Assembly (NCBI GenBank): GCA_022813865.1
Contig: JALDZX010000035.1
Span: 1-64,000, forward strand
Direction: 5' to 3'
DNA length: 64,000 nt
Origin: Xylographa opegraphella
Taxonomy: Eukaryota
Part shown: positions 1-13,237 of the stretch, one piece after another
Position numbering within the stretch: position 1 is the stretch's first letter
How the letters are laid out: each line of letters begins with the position of its first letter
Notes under the pieces: generated by a model
The model's database searches: none
Told to the model about the DNA's origin: nothing
The model's input: the letters and a program-made list of their open reading frames with translations, nothing else
Translations under genes and position numbers: made by a program

Positions 1-193
1 TGACAACAGGGGCATCGGCTGGGGGAAGAGCCGATCCGGCCAAGCTATCCCCTCCCGGGCCTAGTTTACCCTGTGAAGGCGAGAACCTTAACAAAGCGAT
101 GAGGCTGCTCCATGGGCAAGACTATATACTCAAGGTGCTAGTCCTGATCCAGCACAACCCCTATTACTTGTGACTGATGTCATAATCGTCACA
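1..193 (+). mobile_element. Short LTR-like repeat (probable solo LTR), left end at or just beyond the window edge
   Basis: Normal-GC island next to AT-rich DNA. Begins (TG)TGAC and ends GTCACA, as for TG...CA LTR termini. Internal TATA-like ACTATATACT. Bases 108-193 recur inverted at 2303-2388. Confidence 0.6.
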
Positions 194-2302
194 GATATTA
201 AGAATAATATTTCGTACGTTCGAGTTGTCGCGATAAATTTTTTATTTTAAATAAAAAATAATTATAATTTAATTATTTTAAAGTTTATTTCGTTAAAATC
301 ATATTAATCGTTAAGTTAAATTGCGTACTTTTTATTAATAATTTATTATTTATGAAATTAATTTCGTATATTTTATTTATTATAAATATTTTTTCGTTTT
401 ATTAACAATTTAAAGGTTTTTTATCAATATTGAAATATTTAGCGAAAAAATATGAAATGCAAAATTTTGAACTCGAGATACAAAACGTATTTAATTTATC
501 AAGTTGAAAATAAGAAAAGAAATTCAGAATCGCAGATTTTGATTGTATATATATTGAGTTTTTTAAATAAGAAATCACGCCCAGAATGCGAGCAGCTAAA
601 AGTCACGCCCAAAATATAAATAAACAAGCAGGCGATAAATAAATAAATCGAACGCCACTTTAAACTTTGTATTTTACAAAAAACGAATAAATTAATTTTC
701 ATTTATCGTAATCGTTTTTTTATCGTTTTAATATAAAATATTTATTACGGCGCTTTAAATTATAACGATAATAATATATAATTTAATTTTTTTATATTAA
801 TAATTTTTAAATATTCGAAAGCCGCGTATATCGATCGTAATTAATTAATTTAAAGCTGTTGTCGATTAATTCAAATCGTAAAAATTCTTTTTCGATTCGA
901 TATTGCTTGGTCGCAATGCCGATTTTTTGATTTTATTATTATAAATTATTTCAATAATATATTTAATACGAATTTTAAAATCATATGAGTTTATTTTAGT
1001 AATATTACGAATATTAATGCGATTTATTTAAATTTTATATATAAAAAATGACTAAATCGCCGGGAGTGATTGAATACTTGCTTTTCACGAAGCGAAGCGA
1101 AGTGAATTTTTAATCGACGAGTAAATTTGCTTTGGCGGTTTCGCGAGCAAAGTTTTAATTTAAATCAGAATTTTACCCAAAAAAATTGAATTGAAATGGG
1201 AACTCCCAGAATTCAACTTTTTAATTTTGTTAACGTATTTTATAAATATTTTTATACGACCGCGTAGTATAAATTTATTTTATTTTATTTTTTAAAATAA
1301 CAATTTTAAATCGATATAAAAATAATATTTATATTTTTAAACCTTAATATACTTAATATTAAAAATAATATTTATTTAAAACTTTTCAAATGATATTAAT
1401 TTGTCGTTAATTATAAATTTAGTATCGATTCGATGTTTTAAATAAATATTAATTAATTTAATTTTTATTTAAAATTTAACGGGAAATTATATATCTTTAA
1501 GTATAACGCGTATTAAATTTCTCGAGATTTATATTAATCGTTCGATAACGTTATTTTTGTTGATTTATAAAATATTATACATTACGAAACGATTTCAATA
1601 TTTAATCTTGAATCGTTTAAAATAAATTTAAATTTAAAAACGTTATTATTTTAAATTATTTCAAATTTTATTTTTATTTATTGAACTCGGCAATCGCGTT
1701 TAATTTTTATTCTAGCGAAATATTTTAAATATTTTAAAATAATTATTTATATTAAAAAAGTAAAAATAATTTTTACGAAATACTTACAGGGTTTCGTATA
1801 TATTAATTGAATTCAAAATAAGAATTTTAAATTTACGTTTATTTACGACGTAATCTTTTTAGTTTTAAAATTTAAAAAACGTAAATTTCGTAAATATTAT
1901 CGATATTCTATAAAACGGCGATTAATTTTTAAATTTTGATTATTTTATATAAACTTTTTATTTTAACGTAATTTAAATACGCGAAACGACGATATTAAAA
2001 ATTATATTTAAGATTTTGAATTATATTATTTTTAAACGACGTAAATTCTTTTTATTTAAATATAAAATTCATGTTGTTAATCGGCAATTTAAATTATTTT
2101 TAATTAAATATAAAAATATTAGCTAGCTCGAAAAATTAAATCGTTTTTAAATTTTAAATAAATAATATAAACTCGATTTTATTACGAATAAAAATAATAA
2201 AAACAAAACTATTAATTTTTAAAAAAAACATATATATAAATACATTATATACGTTATACCGCAGATTATTATAAAAAAATAATAAAATCACTATATTACT
2301 AT
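194..2302. repeat. Heavily RIP-like mutated, AT-rich repeat relic
   Basis: Very low GC, TpA-rich, stop codons in all frames. Many surviving C/G bases sit in CpG. Original element not identifiable. Confidence 0.8.
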
Positions 2303-2388
2303 TGTGACGGCTATGACATCAGTCACAGGTAATAGGGGTCGGGCTGGATCAGGACTAGCACCTTTAGTATATAGTCTCGCCCATGGAG
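2303..2388 (-). mobile_element. Second, inverted copy of the LTR-like repeat, truncated by the gap
   Basis: 86 bp matching the reverse complement of 108-193 with about 7 mismatches by manual alignment. Confidence 0.75.
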
Positions 2389-2398
2389 NNNNNNNNNN
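2389..2398. other. Assembly gap (10 N)
   Basis: Run of N; the true length is unknown. Confidence 1.
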
Positions 2399-2561
2399 CG
2401 CTTCTCCATCTTAATCTGGGTTGAAATCGTCCACCTAAAGCTTACGTTCTAGGCGTGCTTGTGGGGTGAGTTGATGAGCCGTAACACTAGAAGCAGGTTA
2501 GCGTCTATGTTGCCTGCAGGCAACATAGAGGGCATTCTGCCAGGCAACGCTATTTCCAACA
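2399..2561. mobile_element. Unmutated LTR-like fragment of a different repeat
   Basis: Normal-GC island after the gap, ending sharply at ...TTCCAACA before AT-rich DNA. Contains a perfect 26-bp palindrome at 2504-2529. Confidence 0.4.
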
Positions 2562-4325
2562 TATTTATTAATTTTATATGAATATAAATTTTTATGAATT
2601 TTATACGAGAGAAATTTATATATATATTTATATATATATATATAAACTAAATAGCCGTTAATAAAATATATAAAAATTCGTAATTTTTTTTACGTTTTTC
2701 GTACGTTCGATCTATATACACTTTGTTAATATTATATCGTTATAATTACTTTCGTTCCCCTGACTTCTTTTATATTTTATAAAATTCGTTTTTAAAAATC
2801 GCTTTTTTCGAATTTAATAAAATGTTAATTTTACGTATTTTATATTTTGGTTAAAAAGGGCCTGATATGTAATAATTAATTTACGTTTAACGATATTAGA
2901 TATTTATTTATTATATATCGATAATAATAAATTAATAAATATTGTAAAATCGTATACGAATCGTAATTAATGCGTTTATTTATTTATTTAATATTTTCTA
3001 TATTTATATAAAACTCGTAACGAGGCTTTATTATTCGAAATTTAAATAAAAATCGCGTTTTCTTTTAATTACGTTAAATGATTATTAAAATAAACGATTA
3101 TTAAAATAAACGATCATTAAAATAAACGATTATTAAAATGAATGATTATTAAAATCAACGATTATTTAAAATAAACGATTATTAAAATAAGCGATTATTA
3201 AAAAAACGATTAATAAAATAAACGATTTTTTATATTTTATATTTCTATAATTCTTTCAAATCGATTGTTTTAATTACTTTACGCTTATCATATTAAAATC
3301 GCAGGTTAAAATAACGTAAATTCCATATTAAATACTGCGTAAAACTCGATATCAAAATAATAATCTCGCTTTCCTTGATTACCTTAATTAATTATTAAAA
3401 TAAAATAATTAATTTCTTACGTTTTAAATAAATATAAATTTTTATACTTGATTATTGTATAAAATTTTTGATTCATTATTTCGCGTAATTTCAACAACGT
3501 TTATTTTACGACAAAATTTATATTTTATATTTATATATATATAATTTTTTTATATATAAAAATAGCATTTAACGCGTATTTTACATAATTTACGATTATT
3601 ATTATATTTATATTATAAAATAAAAGTTCTACGTTTTATTATATTTTGTTATTATTATTTAATTACTGCGATTATGTTTTTTATCTGCGCTTCGCGTAAT
3701 TCTCGATCAGTATTTAATTTTTATTAAAATAAATAATAATTCTTAGTACCATACAAAAAGATATTGCTATGCTGGGAATTACAATTAATTATAAATGATT
3801 CATTACGTATTAATATAATATAAATTTTAAACGGCGCTAAAAACGTATACAAAACAATTTAAATATGATTCAATTTTTAAATGATCGAAAATTAATTAAA
3901 TTTACTACGAGATTTCGAGCGACGGTTAAAATATTAATATATACAAAATCGTTAAAATAATTTTTAATGATAAAAATATTTCTTTACAAAAGCGATTAAA
4001 TTAATAAATAAATTAATATAAATATATAAAATAACGTAATCGCAAAGATAAATATCGTTTACAAATCAAAAAATACTTTTCTCTTTTAAAAATTATATTT
4101 ATATAATTATTAATTAAATTCCTTGATCAATCGATTAAAATTGATGTTTCAAAAATGTATAAATATTGTTATTAATATTTATATAATTATCTCGCTAAAT
4201 TTAAATATATAAATTAAAATATAATTTTCTCAACATTTTTAATAATATTTATATCAAAATCATTATAAATTAAAAATTTGAATCTTATGAATTAAATTTT
4301 AAGTTTAATTTCTTCTAAATAAAAC
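2562..4325. repeat. RIP-like AT-rich relic, second block
   Basis: Same composition as 194-2302, with an abrupt return to normal GC near 4326. Confidence 0.8.
3081..3227 (+). repeat. 16-bp minisatellite, consensus ATTATTAAAATAAACG, about 9 copies
   Basis: Tandem units read directly, with scattered substitutions and indels. Confidence 0.85.
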
Positions 4326-4328
4326 GTA

Positions 4329-4544
4329 GGTTTTGGTGGGGGAACCACGATTCAGGTGGATCGCTTCTTCGGTGAGGCCCGTTACGCGGTCACGGAGTCT
4401 ACCCTGGGAATACCACCGGACGAGCTTGATAAACAAATCCGCTTCAACGTATACGACTGTGTACAAGCACTGGGAGAGTTATTTGGTTATCAAAATGAAC
4501 TCTGCGAAGCACTGAGATATATTTACTGCTTCGTGCATTTCTGA
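4329..4544 (+). pseudogene. Orphan terminal exon or 3' fragment of an unknown gene at the RIP boundary
   Basis: Open frame GFGGGTTIQVDRFFGEARYAVTESTLGIPPDELDKQIRFNVYDCVQALGELFGYQNELCEALRYIYCFVHF* with no ATG. It is preceded by an acceptor-like CTAAAT...CGTAG, and the upstream DNA is AT-degraded. Confidence 0.4.
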
Positions 4545-4846
4545 GTAAGGTTTGGCCGCTCCATGACCAATGTAATGCAGCTTGACGCAACTGTTTGTAT
4601 CACAGCCCGATTGAAGTCTTGATAGTCGTTAGCTATGTACGTTTGACTCTCACAAATGATGTTTCGCCATCAAGTACATCCCAGCTTTATTGGTTTCTTC
4701 GCTCAAGGACATCATAGAAGCTAGGTGCCTTCTGAACCACCTACCCTACGGCAGGTAGGCCGAGTGTCACAGCTAGTTGGGCTTTCTCTATCAATTTTGT
4801 GGTTTCAGGTGTGGAGATGTGAGAACACGGTGAGAATAGCGACAAG

Positions 4847-7800
4847 ATGACTTCAAAATTGAGAGGAGGTGACTTGAATGTGCAAGAGTTTCGACCATGC
4901 GAAAACACTGACGTGACGAATTAGGGAAGACCCCACCGCGCCTATTGGAGGATCTCAGCTTTTACAACCCGCAGTGTCTGCCGCCCAATTCCTATAACAT
5001 TCTAACAGAAGCTGCCTTACAATTTGACGGTTCGGCGACACAAAAGATACCGAAAAAACTTGTGAAGAAGGGATGTCGACATAAATGGGCTCTCAAGTCT
5101 GAACAGTGTGATCGTGTAGAGCTAGACTCTGGGCCAGACTCAGATTCTCTACACACCGCAGCAGCTCTTTGTATGTTATGTAGGTGTCATCTTGAGCTTA
5201 GAGTCGACTTCAAAGCAGAGGGGGCTGGAGATTCCCCATGTCCGACGAGAAATGCACCTTTACATCATTTTATGAACAGCGGCAACGAACTCTGCGGGTT
5301 ATTCTGTATTCAAGAAGGGGTGAACAGAGGATCATGGATGGATATGCAACGTTTCAGTTGCTCTTCCCTATCATGTTCTGCACGCCTCACTATTCGTATG
5401 CGAGCACCAATCGTAACCTCGGAATGGGAGGCCTTGCTCCTCGACAAGACCCTTATCAAGTCACGTGCACAGAAGGCCATATTTGATGAGCCCTCACGAT
5501 TCGAGGGACATGCAATTCCATCCCCCATCGAGGTGGTCGGGAATCTGCGAACCTACATTCGCAATGCCATGACCAGTGATGAGGAGAGGCGCATTCCGTC
5601 GAACAACAAAAAATGGTTGCTATGCTTCGGTGAGCCTTGTGCTGATTTGCTCGAACACATCGGGTTCACCCGTACTGTAAGAAAGTTTATTGCAACTCCA
5701 ATGCTTCTAAGGCTAACTATTGACGTTAAAAGGAAGACGGCTGGTTTCCCCCACGCCCAGATGTTTCGGCCACAGTCCCTCTTTCCAATCCATTGAATAT
5801 TTTACTCAACGATGTAGAGTACGAATTGGCCGTACTTCTCAATCTGCAACCGGATAACGAGAGACATATGGCGAAGATTCACGTTCCCCTACACCCGGCC
5901 AAGGCTGAGTTTGAAAGGATACTTGGCTGCAAAGGCTGTAAACAACATCGCTTCCTCCACCTGGATTCGTTACTAATGACAACTAGACAAGAGGTCCACC
6001 GCATCTCGTACAGTCGACCTTACTCAAGACGACCAAGAACCTGAACACCCGTAAGTAGTCACCGTATGCAAGTTTCTGGATTGATTTATAATACTAGTGA
6101 CATAGGTTTTATGCCGGCCTGGGCTCGACCATGGATTTTCACGATGAACTTATATGCTTTACCTATGAAAGACAAATTGCTTGTGATTCGGAGAACTCCC
6201 CATACTATCTGGAGTGCCTTCAGGGTATTGCAGAGGGCCGTGGTAGCGAGGACTTGCAAACCAAAGTGGCAATAGAGGCATCATCTGGAAAGTACAGCGT
6301 ACGAGATTTACGTGAAGCGTACCAGAGTCTTGGGCTAGAGATCCGGAGCTTGTACTATGATGATGACACAGTCATCGGAAGTTTCCAATCTAGGATCGCT
6401 GATGCTCCACGACAAGAGCCTGACCTTCGCCGTGCATTGTACATGATTGGGGAGCATCGTAGAAGTATGCGAATCCAGCATGTCGCCTCCAATGGTGAGT
6501 ATAGCGTTTGGCTCTAGCAGTCCTCAAAAAGGCCCTTGGCTTGTTGCTTACAATATACATAGATGTCAAGACATACGAACAAGCTCTTTCGTGGCTAGGA
6601 GCTACGGACGATATGGTGGACGAATTTCTTGTGAGCATGTATGGTGTTAAAGTAAGGCTACTCCGAATGACGCGCTTTGTTGTATTTACTCTAAGATATA
6701 TCGCGTCAATTGCTGGGGCACGAAGCTCTAAGATCATGTGTTGACCTCTCTTCTTAGGTCCACGAAAGTCCCGCGAACGAAGAATTGGCCCGACAGTGTA
6801 TGGTGCTCATAGCTGAACAGCGAAAAAGCACTGGGCTCAAAGCGTGGCTTGAAACGGGTCAGCTCGGGGAGATAGAGATGGATTTTGGACAAGCTTATAC
6901 ACGGCTTGGTATTGGAGATCGAACAATAGATGATGATCTAGTCATAACCTCCTACAACATAAATATGCAAGAGACGCCCTCACAAGTTAAAGATCTCAAA
7001 AGAGCCCTTGCAGCCATCGCTAAGTCGAGGAATTCGTTCTATTTACAAAGCTTTCTTGACAGTAGCGCGTCCGAGCGCAAAGTCTCTGAATGGCCAGTAG
7101 GCTTGGAAAACATTGGAAACACATGCTATCTCAACAGCCTTTTACAGTTCTACTTTACTGTCAAACCGCTCCGCGACCTTGTCCTCAATTTCGATCAGTA
7201 CAAAATGCGCTTAGATGACAGCGCTTTCTGCAGAAAGCAAGTAGGGTCAAGAAAAGTCTCGAGGAAAGAAGTCGAGCGTGCCCAACGATGCAAGTCCACT
7301 ATGTTCTGCGTCTACTAGCGCCTTGCTGATCTTTCTAGTTGTTTACGAGTTACAGAAGCTTTTCCGAAGCATGATCACCATACCGGATGATAAGGTTACA
7401 CCCGAGCAAGAACTTGCGCGTCTTACTTTGATTAGTGCCTCCAGTGAAGAGAGCATACGAAGAAAATCAATACTTAGTACACATCGACCATCCTTGGGTG
7501 ATATCAATGGCCAACCCGTTCTGGGGCCGCTCCCTGCAGCGCCCGACGTCTTGGAGAGTGTGGATACTGTAATGTCCAATAATGGCATATCAAACCCGGC
7601 TGATTCTTGCGCTATAAATCCTCGTTCGGAAGCAGATTCCTCCAGCGATGACACGTTGGTTGAAACTCCAGCGCTCAATATGCAGGCTGATAGCGAATTG
7701 ATGATTCTTGACTCTGTTAAAAGAGACCAGCAACAGTTTCAGCCAGCAGAAGACAAGGAGAACTTCGCACCTGCAGTTGTGGAGATGCCGCAATCGAAGA

Positions 7801-9296
7801 CTCCAGAGAGAATACTTGGGCCAATAGAGGAACTGTCACCCGTTCGTGCAAACACAGAGGAGCATCCGCAGAGTCTGTCAAGACAAATTCGTGACGGACA
7901 GAGCCCTTCCCAACTGACAACACAAACCGCCACAGCGTTTCCTGCCCCGCCGAACCGTCCACCGCCCGTCCCACCAAGAAACCAGCCCGATGAGAGCAAG
8001 CAAGCAATCCAGCAAGAGGTTGAAATGGGAGCTCAACAAGACGTAACTGAAGTCATTGCAAACGTGCTGTTTCAATTACAGTGTGCTATTAGACCTGAAA
8101 AAATCGACGAATTTGGAGAACAGATTGACCAGATCAAGACACTATTCTTTGCGAAGCAAAAATCGTATATTACGAATGATCGAGGAGAAATACGATCGAA
8201 TGAAGAGTTCGTCTCAGATATCAAAGTTGATGTTGCCTCAGGTCCCCGTGATATATATGCAGCATTGGACGGTGCATTTGATGTGCAAGAGGTGGAAGTC
8301 GGGGGTTCCTTAGAACCACAATATGCAGTTATCTCACAATTGCCACCGGTCTTGCAAATCCTTGTACAGCGAGCTCAATTCGATCCCGAAACGAAACGTC
8401 CGTTTAAATCGAACAATCATCTAGAATTGAAAGAGAGGATCTATATGGATAGGTACATGGATTCCTCCGATAATGACCTTACGCAACGACGGCAGGCTTG
8501 CTGGGCATGGAAGAAGGATTTAGCAAAACTCGATGCTCGAAGAATAGAGCTTACGAAAACAGAGGTTTCCCAACATATCTATCCATTTGCAATACTCAAA
8601 TGCTAATACTTGCAGATGGACATGGATATGCCAGCGGTTCTACGCTCAGTTGCGGAGTATCTGAGGCAGTGCACTAGTGACGAAAGTGACGATCCTATCG
8701 AAGTTAAACCTTGGGTATTAGCAAGTCTTGACAAAGCATCAAGCAATGTAACGGCAGAACTGTCTGGTAAGCACCCACAGAGGCTGATCCCATATATTGC
8801 TAAGGAGCGTTCAGAAATCGAAGTGCAGATGACAGCACTTTGCACGAACATTAACAGCCAATTCGTGGACCTTCGGGAATTACCATACCGGCTGCATTCT
8901 GTTTTCATTCATCGCGGAGTGGTCAACTCTGGGCATTATTGGATCTATATCTACGACTTTGTCAACTCGATGTGGCGGAAGTATAACGATGGTTATGTCA
9001 CCGAGGTAACTGAAACTCAGATAATATTCGGAGCCGAGCAATCTACCAGGCCAGCGTCACCTTACTTTCTGGTATATGTTAGAGAGGATCTTAGATTCGA
9101 TCTTGTGGAGTCCGTCTATCGTGACGTTGCAGAAGTACAGAGGCTCCAAGAAGACACAATTATGGCAGACGACGAGATAGGTACCACAGAACTCTTGAAG
9201 TTGTCTCATAACCTTCAGCCTGCTGAAGGTCGTGTACAGGTTAACAATGATTTCTGGGGCCCTGTCCGCGGAGTCAGCCAAGGACACTTCTGGTAA
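4847..9296 (+). CDS. UBP2: Ubiquitin carboxyl-terminal hydrolase (USP/C19 family), Ubp2-like, multi-exon
   Basis: Cys box WPVGLENIGNTCYLNSLLQ, QQDVTE motif, His box YRLHSVFIHRG..SGHYWIYIYD...WRKYND. The N-terminus MTSKLRG|GKTPPRLLEDL is joined across a GT-AG intron. Confidence 0.92.
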
Positions 9297-9733
9297 TGGC
9301 ATGTTGCTCAGCATACAGCATATCATACCTACAGTAGCAGTCACCATCATATTGTCACGCTTCTGGTCAGACCCAAATGTGATTTTTCAGTTCATTGCAT
9401 GCGCTTCACTGCAATTTCACTACTGTTCTTTCTCGCATAGCCTTAGAGTTCTACAACAAATGCTTACGGGGCAATGCGGCTCAAGGACGTGGCAAATGTA
9501 TGATTAGACGAGGTTCTTCGGCCGAGTACAATACGGCCGGGCAGCCTGGTGTTTCTCCTTGACATGAATGGTGATGGTACCCAAGCTGCTCCTGTCATTT
9601 GGAAAACAATGTCACCAAGCAGACAGTGACCCTGAGCACGGATAAAGTTTATTGCACAAGAAGTGATTGCTTTTGCACCTCGGATATGTGAAAGTCCGTT
9701 TCGTTGTATGGAATTTTTATGACGAGTAAACAT

Positions 9734-10544
<811 letters not shown>

Positions 10545-10778
10545 TTGAATTTGCAATATCGAGTGGCGATCGTGAAGTTGAGAGACTGAAAGTGGCTCAT
10601 CCACGATCGAGCTATGCAATTGCCTTACGAAGTAAGGTATGGTACCTACCTATCAATCCCACTACGGAGCCGCAAACTGCGCCAATAAAGCACTAGTGTC
10701 TTTACCTTTCCGAATCAGTCTGACGAACACCAGCATTTCATTTCAATTCTTGCAAGTGACTATAGCAAGTCTTTCAAT
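10545..10778. promoter_or_regulatory. 234-bp bidirectional promoter region between NDUFS8 and ACP1
   Basis: Divergent ATGs at 10544 (-) and 10779 (+). Contains CCAAT and a CCTTAC-GAA-GTAAGG inverted repeat. Confidence 0.65.
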
Positions 10779-11464
10779 ATGTTCCGCACAGCCTTCCTGC
10801 AATCTGCGATATGCACCTCTCGATATACTCATCATTCACAAACTCCAAGATTGCGGTTAGTCACCCCATCATCATACGCCGTCCTCACCCGCACTCCGCC
10901 CATCAGTAGACTCCAACGTGCTAGATGCTATTCAGCTCCCGCGGGGTTGTCGAAAGAAGAGGTGGAAGGTCGAATAATGGACCTTTTGAAGAATTTCGAT
11001 AAAGTATGAAAACGCAGTGGGCATAGTTGAGAGAATGCTAATCGTCAAATTCTAAGGTATCCAATGCTTCCAAAGTAGGACGTCCTTTCCGGCTCAACAA
11101 TACCTAGGACAAGCACTGACGCGATAACCCAGCTTTCGAACACGTCGCATTTCTCGAACGACCTAGGGTTAGATAGTCTTGATACTGTTGAAGTTGTGAT
11201 GGCGATCGAGGAGGTAACCGGTCTCCCTTTCGTCAAGGCCGATCACCCAATAACCAGTACCAAAGGAATTTAGCATCGAAATCCCGGACAAAGAGGCCGA
11301 TGCTATTCATAGCAGTAAGCTCAGACCACTTTTCATTAACACTCCTCTGCTAATTCTTTACTCTAGTTGATAATGCCGTCGACTATATCCTGACACAGCC
11401 GGATGGTGAGTCTCTCTGTCTTATTACGGGGTGTACATCACTAAGAGTACCTTCAGCGCATTGA
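10779..11464 (+). CDS. ACP1: Mitochondrial acyl carrier protein (NDUFAB1-like), 6 exons
   Basis: [30 protein letters not shown] phosphopantetheine motif. 18-nt microexon at 11057-11074 and 8 coding nt in the last exon (ends PDAH*). Confidence 0.95.
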
Positions 11465-12005
11465 TGTGTGATGTCAGACTGAAGGAAAGAGTACTGAGGG
11501 CTTGAAGTGAGGCATCTAGAGTATCGAAACCATTGTATTTTCCCATAATTGTACTTGTAGACGTGACATTTGTGGCTATTCTTGTCGTTCTCACAGAGCT
11601 ACTACTAGCTTGTAAGGCTCTTTCACTCAACAGAACTGTAATGAGTGCCAACGTGAACCTGACCCGTGGAGTGTCAGCCCCTGATCCAGGCGCCAAGAAA
11701 TTCTGCTCCAGGCCGTAATCAGCACTGAAATGTACGGCACTAATCCGTAGGCGTCGTGTTTTACTCAACTACCTCTGCAATCGATGACTCGGATAGACAA
11801 TTAGTATTTTACTGAAGCGCAGTCCCATAAACCTATGGTGCCGCGATGGATCTTTGGCTATTGCAACCAAATTGAGGATTTGAATACGGAACCCTAAAGC
11901 ATTGAAACACCACAATACATGGTCCAGATTCAAGTTTCACACATTGGTCGATAGAGGAATCATTTTTCGGATCCGCATATCTGAGGAGCGTAGATTCAAC
12001 TTTCC

Positions 12006-13237
12006 ATGGCATCTACGGGCGTACTCACTCGACGCCGGGCCGGGGGTGGAGCATCCACCGCCAGCGACGAGGATGCCTCCACTCGAATTGACTCTCCGGG
12101 TCCCAGAGCCGGTCCTTCGAATGATCGAGCTCCGGAAACTTCGTATACTGGAGGAGAGAATGGACACAAAATCGCATTCGATCCGCGGGATATCAGCGAA
12201 AGTGAAGAACGGAACAAACAACCTAAGCTCACGCTCATGGAGGAAGTGCTGTTGATGGGGTTGAAGGATAAGCAGGTGGGTCAGAGCCCTCTTCCGGATC
12301 GCTACGGTACTGAATTGCGAACTACAGGGCTATCTGTCGTTCTGGAACGACAACATTTCCTACGCTCTACGAGGCTGCATCGTGATCGAGCTCGCTTTCC
12401 GCGGTCGTGTGAGTATGCAGAAGGACTCATCGAGACGGAGGTTTCCCTTGGCCGATCGGGTCATTGAGGTTGTCGATGATTCACTCACCGGGGAGGTTCT
12501 GCTCGACGAGGCATTGAAGATGATGAAGTCGAGTGAGAAGATGAGCGTCAGCTCGTGGATTGACCTGATGAGTGGTAGGATCTCCTCCGCATGAAAGCCC
12601 ACGACCAATTACTAACGAGGATACCTCGTGCAGGGGAAACGTGGAACCTCATGAAAATTGGATACCAATTGAAGCAAGTCCGAGAACGACTCGCGAAGGG
12701 GTTGGTGGACAAAGGCATCCTTCGGACTGAGAAGCGTAATTTCCTCCTGTTCGATATGGCGACACATCCTGTGGCCGACGGCGGAGCCAAAGTCGAGATT
12801 CAACGGAGAGTGCGGACCCTGCTGACCAGCCGAACTGTCGTCTTACCGCCCACACAGTACCTGCCCGAGGAAATGGAATTCCGGTACCTGCGCACCATTG
12901 CCATGGTCTGTGCCGCATATGCCGCCAATGTCCTGGAGAATGCACTCACTTCCCTGGGTCACGAGTCACGGGAAAGAGCTTTTGCCCAGGTGGATGAACT
13001 TCTAGCGGAGTATTCGCAATTCCCCTTTGGACGGCGAGCAGGCGGAGGACAAGGGATTGGAGCCAATCTAGGGGGCAAGATTGCCGAGGAAGTCACGAAT
13101 GCAAAAGACAAGGATTTACAGTTGGAGGTGAGCTGTGCAGCAGGTTGGAGGTCTGGACAAGCCAGCATCGCTAATGCCTCACACAGGTTGTCGCGGCTTG
13201 TTTGAGCGTATTTACTCGGCTGGATTCTCTTTTGTAG
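12006..13237 (+). CDS. VPS74: Golgi phosphoprotein 3 / Vps74, 4 exons
   Basis: [63 protein letters not shown]-terminus [16 protein letters not shown]. Confidence 0.96.

Noticed and set aside
499..702. 67-aa ORF in the AT-rich block
   Set aside because: F/I/K/L-biased chance ORF in eroded DNA.
3081..3227. CRISPR-like repeat array
   Set aside because: Units are contiguous with no unique spacers, the context is eukaryotic, and there are no cas genes.
11635..11700. Box C/D snoRNA downstream of ACP1
   Set aside because: CTGA boxes are present but there is no proper RTGATGA box C or terminal stem.
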